This document shows positions 1-10,876 of a DNA stretch of 64,000 bases, piece after piece (position 1 is the first letter of the stretch; each line of letters opens with the position of its first letter). Location: contig CAJJAP010000004.1 of NCBI GenBank assembly GCA_905182185.1, forward strand, positions 5,773 to 69,772, written 5' to 3'. The notes below the pieces were generated by a model. That model was not told the origin of the DNA. It searched no databases and worked only from the letters and a program-made list of their open reading frames with translations. The stretch comes from an uncultured Candidatus Poseidoniales archaeon (lineage in GTDB: Archaea; Thermoplasmatota; Poseidoniia; Poseidoniales; Poseidoniaceae). Position numbers and translations under genes: made by a program.

Positions 1-2056
1 TCTTTCCACCTAATGTAGAGTTACCTGCTTGTGTAGGACAGTCATCGAATAAGTCTGACCAGCCATCACCATCTTGGTCGATACAGCCTTGTTCGCCCAG
101 TGTTGAGTTACCTGCTACAGTCGGACAATCATCCAATACGTCGTCAATTGAGTCAGCATCGTCATCTAAGTCTTCATCACTATCACGGCAGCCATCACCA
201 TCTACATCTGTTGCTTGGTCTGAAACCCAAGTAGGTCTCGGTGGATTATATTCCGTCCATGGACATAAGTCATTTACATCATCGATTAGATCATTATCAT
301 CATCTGAATCTTCAGTATCATCCTTGCATCCATCATTATCCCAATCGGTTGAAGCGGATGGGTTGGCAGTATCTTGAGTGCTAGTCCAATTATATTCTCC
401 ACCACGGGGGCAATTATCAGGGAAATTATCTGTTAGTCCATCATTATCATCATCTGAATCACATGCATCTCCTTGACTATCAAAATCAGTATTTGCTTGT
501 ATAGGATTTGAATCGGAAGGGCAATTGTCGTTAATATCAGGAATCCCATCATTATCCATATCCTTCTTTGTTGCAGGGTCAAAGGCCCATAGGAATACAT
601 CATAACTTCCAGATGAAGTTACAGAATGTGTTCCTTTGGTAACAGTGCCGGAAAGTCCACCAGCAACAGTAACATATCAGACATGTTGACGCTCAAAGCG
701 AGACCCATTTCGTATCCTGCGCTTCCAGAAGTATCCAGCCAATCCCAAGTACCGGTGGAGCCTAAGCCACCCAATAAAATATCCTGATTACCTGTTGGAG
801 ATACGGTATTGCTACCCGCTGTGAAAGAACTGCTAATCGTTGTAGAAACAATAATTTCGCCAGTGGATAATAAAGCGACACCAGAGAATGAATCATTATT
901 CGAACTTCCTCCTGATGTAGCCCAACCATTACCGCTTACTGAATCCATAATTAAGAAAGCATCTCTATTTCCTTGACTTGCAGAAAGCGACCATCCTTGA
1001 CCTTGGAGAGTTCCACCAAATCCACCGACATAGTACATATTACCATTCATGTCTTCTGTAATACCAGTGATCAGTACTACCTCATTTGGCACACCATACC
1101 CAACCAATGTCACTATTGCCCCATTAGTATCGAGTTCTAAAAGAAACGAATCTGCGAATCCCACATTTGCATATAATTGTTGACCGAATGTAACTGCGTT
1201 TTGATTAATTCCAGCCAGAATGATTTGGCCGTTCATTGATGAATGTAAATCTAGAACACCTGTAGTTCCACTACCGCCACTAATCACCCAGATTAATTGA
1301 CCATTATTACCGTCATATTTTGCTACGTAAAGTGAAGGTAAAGCAGCATTTAGAATAGTTCCTCCGAAATCAGTATTACCATCAAATGATCCAGCAATAA
1401 CAATGTCTCCATTACACTCGACTTCAACTGCATCTACAGAACTTGTATTGTTATTTGTTCCAGTTGTTGCGTGGGAATGAGCCCACATAAAGTTTCCAAA
1501 TGGATCCGTTTTTGCTAGGTATCCATCGCCTGCTTGACTGGTAATCGTTTGGATTCCAAATTGTACTGAACCACTAAAAGAACCACCGATTACAGCTTCA
1601 CCGCCCATTCCAGCACCTACATCATAAACGAATGAATATCCATTGGAATGGTCTGCTGTAGCGACCCAATCCCAATCACCTGTGTCTGAAACTGAGCCTA
1701 AGAAAAATTCGCAATATCTACCTGCTAGTTGGGCGCAAGATGCGTGGTATGGACTAGTAGGATTGATAGTTGTTTGACCAAATGTTGCCACATATGATGT
1801 CGCAAATCCCAGCAACAATATTACCGTGACCAAAACCTGCCATAACCGAAGCATATTCAAACCAGTACCTACCTGCACTGGTCAAGTAATGATTTGCTTT
1901 TGCCCGACCAGAGACGGACAATAAAGTGATTTCTTCAAGTTGTTCAGATTCTTCTTCAACAATTTTCTCATCATACAATAAGATTGGAGTAAGTACTGAA
2001 AATAATAGAATCACAATTATACTGCGGGCAATTACACTTTGAGATAGACTACGCAT
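1..2056 (-). CDS. Secreted surface protein with beta-propeller-like repeats then thrombospondin type-3 (DxDxDG) Ca-binding repeats; frameshifted and running off the window edge
   Basis: ORFs 1754..2056 (signal-anchor N-terminus) and 619..1878 join through indels near 1810-1870. A frame change near 673 continues, by hand translation, as VTVAGGLSG...KDMDNDGIPDINDNCP...DWDNDGC...DQDGDGWSD to base 1. Confidence 0.75.
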
Positions 2057-2149
2057 ACATGGCGGTCATGCCAATAGGCAATCAATCCTTCCATCAATAG
2101 TGTCCCTTGCTTTCGCTAATTATATTGAAAATCTTCGGGCAAATATTGC

Positions 2150-2449
2150 TCATTCGATGTTATCATCGAGTGTTAACAAACTGCTATCGCCTGCATCTAC
2201 AACACATATGGTTGAAACTGAAAAAGGCTTACCACAAGCGACACCGAGTTCACGGTTTACTTGTGGTGTTCGGAACTTGGTGACCTCTGGATGTGATGCT
2301 TGAAGTGCATCAACATATTCAGTCGGGCAGTTTGCTGCAAGAATTATCAACTTTGCTTCACCACGTGTACAAGCATCAATGGTTTGACGTTGTCCAAATA
2401 GTAGTTTTCCAGTTGTATTTGCGTTTTTTAATTGTCGGCTTAGATCCAT
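2150..2449 (-). CDS. rpl30e: 50S ribosomal protein L30e
   Basis: TGKLLFGQRQT..AKLIILAANCP..ELGVACGKPFSVS (L7Ae/L30e family); GGAGG upstream of ATG 2449; canonical position after rpoA''. Confidence 0.93.
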   Translation of the reverse strand: MDLSRQLKNANTTGKLLFGQRQTIDACTRGEAKLIILAANCPTEYVDALQASHPEVTKFRTPQVNRELGVACGKPFSVSTICVVDAGDSSLLTLDDNIE

Positions 2450-2496
2450 TATATTATTCCTCCATTCTCCACATTTGTTTCTCATGGGGTGGAAAT

Positions 2497-4053
2497 TCAT
2501 TCAGGGATGTAGAACAGTTCTACACTACCAGTACCAAGTGAAATTGGTTGTCCTACGATGATGTTCTCTGCAACACCAGTGAGGTAATCTTTCTCACCGA
2601 TAATACCCGCCTTGAGCAAGTGGTTAACAGTAACTTCGAACGCAGCACGAGCAAGAATACTGTGCTTTGAACCGGATACACCATGACGACCAATTGCACG
2701 GACTTCACCTTCAGAAGTCATTACATCTGCAACCATCAATAAGTGACGTACATCGACTTCAAGACGGGCTCCGTCAAGAGTGTCTTGCAATTCGTTAATA
2801 ATCGCCTGTCGAGCTGCTTCAATACCAAGATAATTGTAAACTTCGAGAATGTTATTGGTATAGGTACGGGAGCGATCGATAGTTTCAAGTTCGCTTACAC
2901 GTTGAAGGTTTGAACCGATTGTAGAAAGATAATATTCCCCAGTTTTGTCATCCAATTGTACATTTGCTCGAAGGACATTAGGTATTCCCTTCAAACGCAT
3001 ATCTCTAATCTTCTCTTCTAATTGAAGGAGCATTGTATAGGATGGCGGGTTATCAGCAAGTTCTGCTAAATCTTCTGCACTATGAATACCAGGAATCAAT
3101 GTTAGAGTGGAAGGTTTCTTTTCCTTATCCGCTTGAACATAAAGCCTTGTAGCCCGTTCTAGTTTATCCTTAACTTCCAATTCAGTCATGCCCTTTTGCT
3201 TGAGCATGCCCTTATTCAATTTCAAAACTAATCTTCTTTGAGCAACGTCTGTTTCAAGAGAAGCAATGTTTACAGTCGTAGTTACTTCAATACCAGCAGC
3301 TAACTTCTTCGCTTCTTCTGCGGAGTGTTTCTTATCTCCTGCTAAACGAATTGTCATTGTTGGTGTTTGTGGAACCTTTCGTGCATCGACCACTTCAATA
3401 ATACGTGGAAGACCCATTGTAACGTTAATTGTAGCAACTCCCGCATAGTGGAAAGTACGCAGAGTCATCTGAGTACCCGGTTCACCAATTGATTGCGCTG
3501 TAATAATACCTGCTGCTTCATAAGGGTCAATACTTGCTCGCTCAAGTGCTATAATAGAACCGCTGATAACTTTCTTTGCCTGCGGCTTAGTTAGTTTATT
3601 CATCCCTCTATCATGAACTGCTTGTGTTAAGTCATGAAGAATTCGGTCATTAAAACGATCACTGCCTGCTGCTTCAACTGCACCAAGCAAGGACTTGAAG
3701 ACTGGGTCATCGGACAATGTATCTTCCAATGAAAGCAATTTCTTAGCACTATCATACGTTTCTAAGTCTGCTGCGATCTTAATTGTAGAGCGCTTCTTAG
3801 CCTTCTTCAGTTTGACATTTGTTACAGGACCGGTTGATTCGCTACCTTGGTCTTGTCCCTTCTTGGTCGCACCAATAATGATACCATGAATTGTGTCGCC
3901 AGTTTCAGAATCGGTTTCACAGATTTGAGCAATTTGTTGCGCTGTCAAAATCTTGACATCGTCCCATTTCCTGTCATCTGCCAGAGTATGTGCATAGTTA
4001 TCTGCAATACCCAAATCCATTAACTTCTTTTTGGTTGCACTCTTTACTACCAT
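2497..4053 (-). CDS. rpoA2: RNA polymerase subunit A'' (Rpo1C) with N-terminal extension
   Basis: AQSIGEPGTQMTLRTFHYAG, GLPRIIEVVDA, RHLLMVADVM, GVAENIIVGQ; 518 aa. Confidence 0.97.
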   Translation of the reverse strand: MVVKSATKKKLMDLGIADNYAHTLADDRKWDDVKILTAQQIAQICETDSETGDTIHGIIIGATKKGQDQGSESTGPVTNVKLKKAKKRSTIKIAADLETYDSAKKLLSLEDTLSDDPVFKSLLGAVEAAGSDRFNDRILHDLTQAVHDRGMNKLTKPQAKKVISGSIIALERASIDPYEAAGIITAQSIGEPGTQMTLRTFHYAGVATINVTMGLPRIIEVVDARKVPQTPTMTIRLAGDKKHSAEEAKKLAAGIEVTTTVNIASLETDVAQRRLVLKLNKGMLKQKGMTELEVKDKLERATRLYVQADKEKKPSTLTLIPGIHSAEDLAELADNPPSYTMLLQLEEKIRDMRLKGIPNVLRANVQLDDKTGEYYLSTIGSNLQRVSELETIDRSRTYTNNILEVYNYLGIEAARQAIINELQDTLDGARLEVDVRHLLMVADVMTSEGEVRAIGRHGVSGSKHSILARAAFEVTVNHLLKAGIIGEKDYLTGVAENIIVGQPISLGTGSVELFYIPE

Positions 4054-7000
4054 CAGCTCTCACCTCCATCATACTCAGATGCATCTTCCCATGCACCAAG
4101 ATCGTCTTCTGCTACTTCATGTTCAAAGGACTCTCTATCAACAAGAGTCTTTCCTTCAGTTCCAAGTGCATCATCGACAATTACATCAATGTTGAACGCA
4201 GAGCCGTGAACACCTCTTGAAGGGTCGATACCATCTTCACCATATGAGAATTGAATAATACGATTTGCAGTATTACGCACAGAGAACATATTATCGCTGG
4301 TAACCTTCAAGTCATCCATTGCGTTAATCAAACGGCGTTGCATATATCCAGACTTAGATGTACGAACCGCTGTATCTACCAGTGATTCTCTACCGGAAAC
4401 AGAGAGCATGAAAAACTCCGTTGGCCTTAATCCACGCTTGAAAGAAGAATCGATGAAACCTCTTTCACTAGCACCTCGACCTCCACGTTGGAAGTGAGGA
4501 AGAACACGGTCTAGGTATCCACGTTCTAGACGCTTACCACGAACCTTTGCTTGACCAATAGAACCTGCCATCATCGTCAAGTTGTCCATAGAACCACGAG
4601 CACCTGAAATAGCCATGTTAACCGCAGCGTTTGTAGAACCAGATTGGTTTAATTCATCCTTTGCAATATCTCCAGCAGTTTGCTTACCTTCATCCAACAT
4701 AACCATGATATTCTCTTCTAGAGTTTCACGGGTTGTACGACCAGGTCTGGTTTCGTAATTCTTTCCATCCTTACCAAACTTTTTAAGTTCTGAGTTTACT
4801 AATTGACGTGCATCTTCATTCGCTTGTTCAATAGCGCTCAATGCCTCAGCAGTCAAATCTTCATCATCAATACCTGTTGTAAATCCGAGAGATGTACAAG
4901 CTGCAATTGTTAATCGTGTGAATTCGTCCAAGAACTTAGCACCTAATTCAGGCCCTTTGGTCTGAACTATCTGGTCCAGTAGACGTCCGTCTTCAGCACC
5001 GATAGCACGCTTGTCTAGAGTTCCTGTGACCTTTCCATCTTTGACTATAACATCATCATTAGAACGACTGCGGAATCGAATATTGATATCGTCTGGAATA
5101 ATCAATGATATGAGATCCGTACCACGGAAAGAATCATTACCATTTTCATCCTTAACAATCTCAGGTAGTTCCCCTGTCCAGTCAATATTACCAAGCATCT
5201 CAAGTCCATGCTTAAAGGAAATAAGGGTACCTGGGCGTGTCAAAAGATAAGCACCGGAGATGTGATCGTGTATTCCACCGATAACCGCTCCACCATAACG
5301 AGGTGTTAGGATGTGCTCTTGTACTCTCATCAAAATATTAGCTTCTGCACGAGCCTCTTCGGATTGGATAATATGCAAGTTCATTTCGTCACCATCAAAA
5401 TCAGCGTTATATGGTGTACAAACCGCTAAGTTGAAACGGAAAGTACGACCTTCCATTACACGAACTTCGTGTACCATCATAGACATTCTGTGAAGAGAAG
5501 GTTGACGGTTGAAAATTACTACATCCCCATCTACTAAGTGACGTTCAACCAAAAGACCAGGCTTCGGGTTGCCGTTTCTATCAACGGTTGACAAACGATC
5601 TTCAACAAAGGTTCGGTCTCCCCATTCATCTTCAGGACTTCCACAATGTGGACAAGAGATGTTTAGGTGATCTGGAATTGGTTCCGGATGTACCTTATCA
5701 GATTGTGCCAGTTCCCACTTCCACCTGTTGTGAAGAACTGCGCGTGGGTCATCATCTTCAAGAGGATGTCCATCACGATCTTCACCACGAAGGTTAGCGA
5801 TAGTTGCTTCATCATCAACCACGTATTTTTCTTCAGCGATTGAACCATCGATTCCAAGAGAGGTTTCCTTGCGGATTACTAGACCTGGAAGGAAGTTAGG
5901 TGCATGAAGTACAGAATGTAGGTCAGGACGCAGGGTGTTTTCTGCACCGCTCTCACGGCATTCCGGGTTTCCACAGCGGTATCCAGCTTGCATTAGGCGG
6001 CTGCGTTGATTGATACGAACACGGCGACCGTCACCACGAATAATGTAGTTAACACCAGGGTGTACATCAGGTCCACGAAGAATCATATGTCGCATTTGCT
6101 CCTTGTTTCTTGTAGTAACACGGATTGGAACTGTTAATTCCTTAGCGGTTACCAATGGGACACCAACTTCGTTAACACTGAGGTATGGGTCTGGTGAGAT
6201 AACTGAACGTGCACAGAAGTTAACACGCTTACCGGATAGGTTAGAACGGAATCGCCCTTCCTTACCCTTCAAACGCTGTGTTAGAGTCTTCAGTGTACGA
6301 CCTGAACGATGACGTGCAGGAGGAATTCCTGCTGTTTGGTTATCGAAATAGGTAGTAATATGGTATTGTAGAAGTTCCCACAAATCCTCAACGATCAGTT
6401 GCGGAGCACCAGTATCACGGTTCTCTCTTAGACGCTGATTGATTCTCAATACATCGACTAACTTGTGCGTTAAATCGTCTTCTGAACGGTCACCGCTATC
6501 CAAAGTAATGGATGGGCGAACGGTGATTGGAGGAACTGGAAGAGCCTTTAGAACGATCCATTCTGGACGATTTAGCTTGTCCATACCAATGAAGATTAGA
6601 TGCTCGGAAGGAATACCACGAAGCCATTCTCTGACATCTCGTGGGTTGAGTTTCCTCTCAGTTTCCTTACCAGTACCTGCATTGTCAATTCTCTCTTTGA
6701 AAGTTGTTGGCTTGTCGAGCATAATCTTACCCTGTAAGTTGTCACAGTGCATACATTGCTTTCTCTTTACACCAGAAGTTACCTTCTCAACTTCTTTGAT
6801 AATCTTTGTAAACTCTGTTGAACCGACACCGTGCTTGGTGATGATATCACGAATTCTTGAACGGTAATAATCTTGCTCAGAATGCTCTACGTTAGTTGGA
6901 GAAGTTCCTGCTTCATCGTGCAGTAGAATCTTGTTACAATTGTTACATGTAGACTTCAAAGCGGTCTTGATCAAGTTTACGAAACCGATGTGTATAACCG

Positions 7001-7256
7001 GTAATTCCAGTTGAATATGCCCAAAGTGACCAGGTGATTCATCATACTTACAATTGTCAGTTGGACAAAGTAATCCCGGTTCGATTACACCCATGTGCGG
7101 GTCCATCAAACCTTGTTTGTATGCGTGTCCATCATCCTTGTATGTATCAGCAGTTTTGACCTCAACAGAAGACATCTTGCGTATTTCAATCGGGTCCATC
7201 AGTCCGAAGCGAATCAATGAGATTCGCTTAGGTATCATTATACTATTTTGGCTCAT
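4053..7256 (-). CDS. rpoA1: RNA polymerase subunit A' (Rpo1N) with large dock-region insertion
   Basis: Catalytic NADFDGDEMN, GHFGHI, FNRQPSLHRMS, LVDTAVRTSKSGYMQRRL; 1067 aa. Confidence 0.98.
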   Translation of the reverse strand: MSQNSIMIPKRISLIRFGLMDPIEIRKMSSVEVKTADTYKDDGHAYKQGLMDPHMGVIEPGLLCPTDNCKYDESPGHFGHIQLELPVIHIGFVNLIKTALKSTCNNCNKILLHDEAGTSPTNVEHSEQDYYRSRIRDIITKHGVGSTEFTKIIKEVEKVTSGVKRKQCMHCDNLQGKIMLDKPTTFKERIDNAGTGKETERKLNPRDVREWLRGIPSEHLIFIGMDKLNRPEWIVLKALPVPPITVRPSITLDSGDRSEDDLTHKLVDVLRINQRLRENRDTGAPQLIVEDLWELLQYHITTYFDNQTAGIPPARHRSGRTLKTLTQRLKGKEGRFRSNLSGKRVNFCARSVISPDPYLSVNEVGVPLVTAKELTVPIRVTTRNKEQMRHMILRGPDVHPGVNYIIRGDGRRVRINQRSRLMQAGYRCGNPECRESGAENTLRPDLHSVLHAPNFLPGLVIRKETSLGIDGSIAEEKYVVDDEATIANLRGEDRDGHPLEDDDPRAVLHNRWKWELAQSDKVHPEPIPDHLNISCPHCGSPEDEWGDRTFVEDRLSTVDRNGNPKPGLLVERHLVDGDVVIFNRQPSLHRMSMMVHEVRVMEGRTFRFNLAVCTPYNADFDGDEMNLHIIQSEEARAEANILMRVQEHILTPRYGGAVIGGIHDHISGAYLLTRPGTLISFKHGLEMLGNIDWTGELPEIVKDENGNDSFRGTDLISLIIPDDINIRFRSRSNDDVIVKDGKVTGTLDKRAIGAEDGRLLDQIVQTKGPELGAKFLDEFTRLTIAACTSLGFTTGIDDEDLTAEALSAIEQANEDARQLVNSELKKFGKDGKNYETRPGRTTRETLEENIMVMLDEGKQTAGDIAKDELNQSGSTNAAVNMAISGARGSMDNLTMMAGSIGQAKVRGKRLERGYLDRVLPHFQRGGRGASERGFIDSSFKRGLRPTEFFMLSVSGRESLVDTAVRTSKSGYMQRRLINAMDDLKVTSDNMFSVRNTANRIIQFSYGEDGIDPSRGVHGSAFNIDVIVDDALGTEGKTLVDRESFEHEVAEDDLGAWEDASEYDGGES

Positions 7257-10200
7257 CTTTGGTCCTCCAGTTCGAGACGCATGGCCACACCTAAACTCTT
7301 CATTTCGTCTAGTAGCAGCTTGAATGCATATGATGTTTGTACTTTGTAAACTTCAGCTCCATCACCATGTATAGGGCTGACGTATGTCCTACGTTTTGGA
7401 TCGTACCAAGCGATGTGACCGGATTCGGCACAAACATACATCTCAATACCATCTGATTCATCGAGTAGACGGTCTTTGATAACCATTGAAGCACCGTGTG
7501 CAATCAAACAATCACGTTCCATCTCACCAAATCGCAGACCTCCTTGGCGTGCACGACCTTCGGTCGGCTGACGTGTTAGAATTTGAACACGGCCACGAGA
7601 ACGAGCGTGTATCTTGGAAGATACAAGATGGTGAAGGCGTTGGTAGAAAATACAACCTACGAAGATATCAGCAGGGTATTCTTCTCCTGTTTCTCCATTG
7701 ATCATCAATTCACGGCCAGTGTGGTTTAGACCATTACGGACTAATCCATCACGTAGGCTGGATTCTTTTTCTCCACGGAAAGCAGTACCGTCAACACGGC
7801 GTCCTTCCATAGCTCCAACCTTGCCACCAATCATTTCCAATACGTGCGCAACTGTCATTCGTGACGGAATAGCGTGCGGATTAATGATTAGATCTGGGAC
7901 TACTCCATCAACTGTGAATGGCATGTCTTCAGATTCTACAAGGCGTCCAATAACTCCCTTCTGTCCGTGACGACTTGCAAATTTGTCACCGACTTCAGGA
8001 ATCTTTTGGCTACGAACCATTACACGAACGAGTCGACCAGAATCTAAAGATTCAGTAACATATACATTGTCAACCCAACCTTTCTCACCATGACGAACTA
8101 GCATAGAGGATTCTCTACGCTCTTGAGCAGTAAGGAATGCTCCACCTGTTGATTCTTCTAAGAATCTAGGAGGGCTGGTCTTACCAACGAGGACATCGCC
8201 ACCGGTCAATTCGATTTCAGGCATAGGCAAACCGTCATCTTCTAGATGATTATATGCCTCAGGTGCCTTCATTCCCTTTACTTCTTGTAGAGATGAACCT
8301 GGCTTCTCAATCAATTCTTCTTGACCACCTGGGAATCTTCTTCGTTCAGCATTGTAAGTTCTGTTAAATGTTGAACGTCCTAGAGCTCGGTCTACAGAGC
8401 CCTTGTTCATAATAACAGCGTCTTGCATGTTGTATCCGTGAAGAGACATAATAGCAACGATGTAATTTTGACCACCTGGACGGTCGTCGAAATTTGTTGT
8501 TGTCATTGCACGTGTACGTGTGATCGAACGATGAGGGTAGTGCAAAATATGCGCACGTGTGTCTGGACGTAGACGGTAGTTCGAACTAGGAAGACCTAGA
8601 GATTGCTTAACCATTGCAGTTCCACCAGTAACACGAGGTGTTGAGTTGTGTTCTGGGTAAGGAATCAATGAAGCACATACTCCATGAATCAATTGTGGAT
8701 CAATTTCAACGTGGGTATGTTCTTCTGTATACAATAATGGTACCATCAAAGTTGCTTCTTCCCATGAACCGTTTGGCATGCGAACACGAGCGAGTAATTC
8801 TGCTTCATTGGAGCCTGGGACTCCGAGATTTACCCACTTGATTTCTTCATTGGTTACCAATCTGCCCTTTAGTGGGCCATCTTCAACCATTTCTGGAGTG
8901 ATGAATGGACGAGGTGCAATATACAAATCTTCTTCTTCTTCTGCGTCAACCCATTCAACGATTCCTTCGTTAACCAATTCCTTGAATGACATCTTACCTG
9001 TGCGGAGAGATTCCAAATGTTCGTTGGTTAGACGTGGTGTACCATCGTATAGAATTAACAGAGGCCTTAGGATGCGGCCTTTGTCAGTATTGATGAAAAT
9101 ATCATTATTATCTTTATCGAATCTAATGGATACTTCTGCTGGGATAACACCACGGCGTCGTGCAGATTTGAAGTGTCTAACTAAGTTTGCACCACGCTTG
9201 TGTACACCGTAAATGTCACCATTCACGTGAATTCTGTCACCACTGGTCCAGTCATCAGGCTGAACAACATCTAGTTCATCAAGACGCTCACGAACTTCGG
9301 TCTCATCGATGTTCTCTGAGATATCGATCATTTGAGCTGCGTTCTTTACCAAACCACAGTTTTGACCTTCCGGTGTCTCATTTGGACATAGGCGGCCCCA
9401 TTGTGTTGGATGCAGGTCACGTGCTTCGAAGTGAGGTTGGCTTCGAACAAGTGGAGAAGTTACACGGCGCATGTGAGATAGTGCTGCTAGGTATGTTGTA
9501 CGGTCTAGAAGTTGTGAAACACCAGAACGTCCACCAACCCAGTTTCCTGTAGCCAATGCGTGCATAATCTTAGAGGTTAGAACATCTGGACGAAGGCAAG
9601 ATGTAATTTTCAATTCTCGCTTGCGATTGTGATGACGTTCAAGTTGGTACTTCAAGTCACGAGCAAGTTGCCCAGATGAAACACGGAATAAATCTTCAAT
9701 CAAGTCACCTGCAAGACGAACACGCTTGTTTGCATAGTGGTCCTTGTCGTTTGGTTCACGGTCGGTCATTGCCATTTCTAACACTTGACGGACGATTCTT
9801 CCAAGGAAGATAGCCTTCTTCTTTCGATCTTCTGTTTGGTCGCCCAAGTGAGGAAGAAGTTCTCTATCCAATAGTTGGTTAACACGTGCTTCTCGGTATT
9901 CGCGTTGTTGTCCTGCAGCGAATTTCTTCTGAAGCCATTCGTGTGATTCCAAGGTATTGTTGACAGCATACTCTTCGTTGTCGTTTACTTCGTTGATATT
10001 TGCAACGATATACTTGAAAGTCTCTGTTGGTCCTGCGATAGCTTGGAACACTTCTTGGTCATTTTCAATTCCTAGTGCACGCATTAGCATTACTACAGGA
10101 ATTGGTGTTGTTCCCACAGTACTAATCTTAACCATCAGCATTCCATCACGGCGCTTTTCAACAGTTAGTGGCTTTCTCATACCATCTTTCTGTGAGAAAA

Positions 10201-10870
10201 TCTTAGCAACTTCAGTCTTCTTTACCGAACGCTTATTGATTTCAACAGTAACTCTGTTAGGTGCTAAATCTTCCATTGAGATCAGAACTCGTTCTGTTCC
10301 GTTGATAATGAAATAGCCACCTGGGTCTAGGGGGTCTTCTCCCTTCTTGCGCAACAAGTCCTTCCATAGGTCAGCGTCTTCGCCAGAAGTTACAGGGTCT
10401 AGCACTCGGTCGCTGATGATGTGCTCTGGATGTAGATTACATCTGCGAGAGCGGATCATGATAGGCATGCTTCCAACTTGAACACTTTCTTCAAGAGGAG
10501 ATGGTATTCCACTACGATAGATTTGGAAATCGATTGAAACCGGAGACATGTATGTCAACTTTCTCAAACGGCATTCCATTGGAGTAGACTCCATATTTGC
10601 ACCATTTGCTTCACGAATTGTTGGCTTTCCAAGTTTGATGTCTTTCAAACGAATAACGATTTCTTGGTCAACTACGTCGAGTTTGATGTATCCACCTTCA
10701 TCATCATTGATTTCCTCGTCGGTTCCGACGCGGATATTACGGATGATTTTCTCCATACGTGATATTGTGCTGTCTCCCGCAGGAATACAGTCATTATATG
10801 ACGCCAATTGATGATTCACTAAGCTGCGCTCTTTGAAAAATGATTGAATTATTTCTTGCATAATAGACAC
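7253..10870 (-). CDS. rpoB: RNA polymerase subunit B (unsplit Rpo2)
   Basis: GDKFASRHGQKG, NPHAIPSRMT, RFGEMERDC, CPNETPEGQNCGL; single 1205-aa ORF. Confidence 0.98.
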   Translation of the reverse strand: MSIMQEIIQSFFKERSLVNHQLASYNDCIPAGDSTISRMEKIIRNIRVGTDEEINDDEGGYIKLDVVDQEIVIRLKDIKLGKPTIREANGANMESTPMECRLRKLTYMSPVSIDFQIYRSGIPSPLEESVQVGSMPIMIRSRRCNLHPEHIISDRVLDPVTSGEDADLWKDLLRKKGEDPLDPGGYFIINGTERVLISMEDLAPNRVTVEINKRSVKKTEVAKIFSQKDGMRKPLTVEKRRDGMLMVKISTVGTTPIPVVMLMRALGIENDQEVFQAIAGPTETFKYIVANINEVNDNEEYAVNNTLESHEWLQKKFAAGQQREYREARVNQLLDRELLPHLGDQTEDRKKKAIFLGRIVRQVLEMAMTDREPNDKDHYANKRVRLAGDLIEDLFRVSSGQLARDLKYQLERHHNRKRELKITSCLRPDVLTSKIMHALATGNWVGGRSGVSQLLDRTTYLAALSHMRRVTSPLVRSQPHFEARDLHPTQWGRLCPNETPEGQNCGLVKNAAQMIDISENIDETEVRERLDELDVVQPDDWTSGDRIHVNGDIYGVHKRGANLVRHFKSARRRGVIPAEVSIRFDKDNNDIFINTDKGRILRPLLILYDGTPRLTNEHLESLRTGKMSFKELVNEGIVEWVDAEEEEDLYIAPRPFITPEMVEDGPLKGRLVTNEEIKWVNLGVPGSNEAELLARVRMPNGSWEEATLMVPLLYTEEHTHVEIDPQLIHGVCASLIPYPEHNSTPRVTGGTAMVKQSLGLPSSNYRLRPDTRAHILHYPHRSITRTRAMTTTNFDDRPGGQNYIVAIMSLHGYNMQDAVIMNKGSVDRALGRSTFNRTYNAERRRFPGGQEELIEKPGSSLQEVKGMKAPEAYNHLEDDGLPMPEIELTGGDVLVGKTSPPRFLEESTGGAFLTAQERRESSMLVRHGEKGWVDNVYVTESLDSGRLVRVMVRSQKIPEVGDKFASRHGQKGVIGRLVESEDMPFTVDGVVPDLIINPHAIPSRMTVAHVLEMIGGKVGAMEGRRVDGTAFRGEKESSLRDGLVRNGLNHTGRELMINGETGEEYPADIFVGCIFYQRLHHLVSSKIHARSRGRVQILTRQPTEGRARQGGLRFGEMERDCLIAHGASMVIKDRLLDESDGIEMYVCAESGHIAWYDPKRRTYVSPIHGDGAEVYKVQTSYAFKLLLDEMKSLGVAMRLELEDQR

Positions 10871-10876
10871 CTCCCC

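Noticed and set aside
5562-6011. Intein in rpoA'
   Set aside because: No N-terminal Cys/Ser block A, no terminal His-Asn followed by Cys/Ser/Thr (the HN present is followed by Arg mid-insert), and no LAGLIDADG motif.
2100-10811. Many plus-strand ORFs inside the rpo operon, and similar antisense ORFs elsewhere
   Set aside because: Shadow ORFs opposite strongly conserved genes, with no motifs or RBS.
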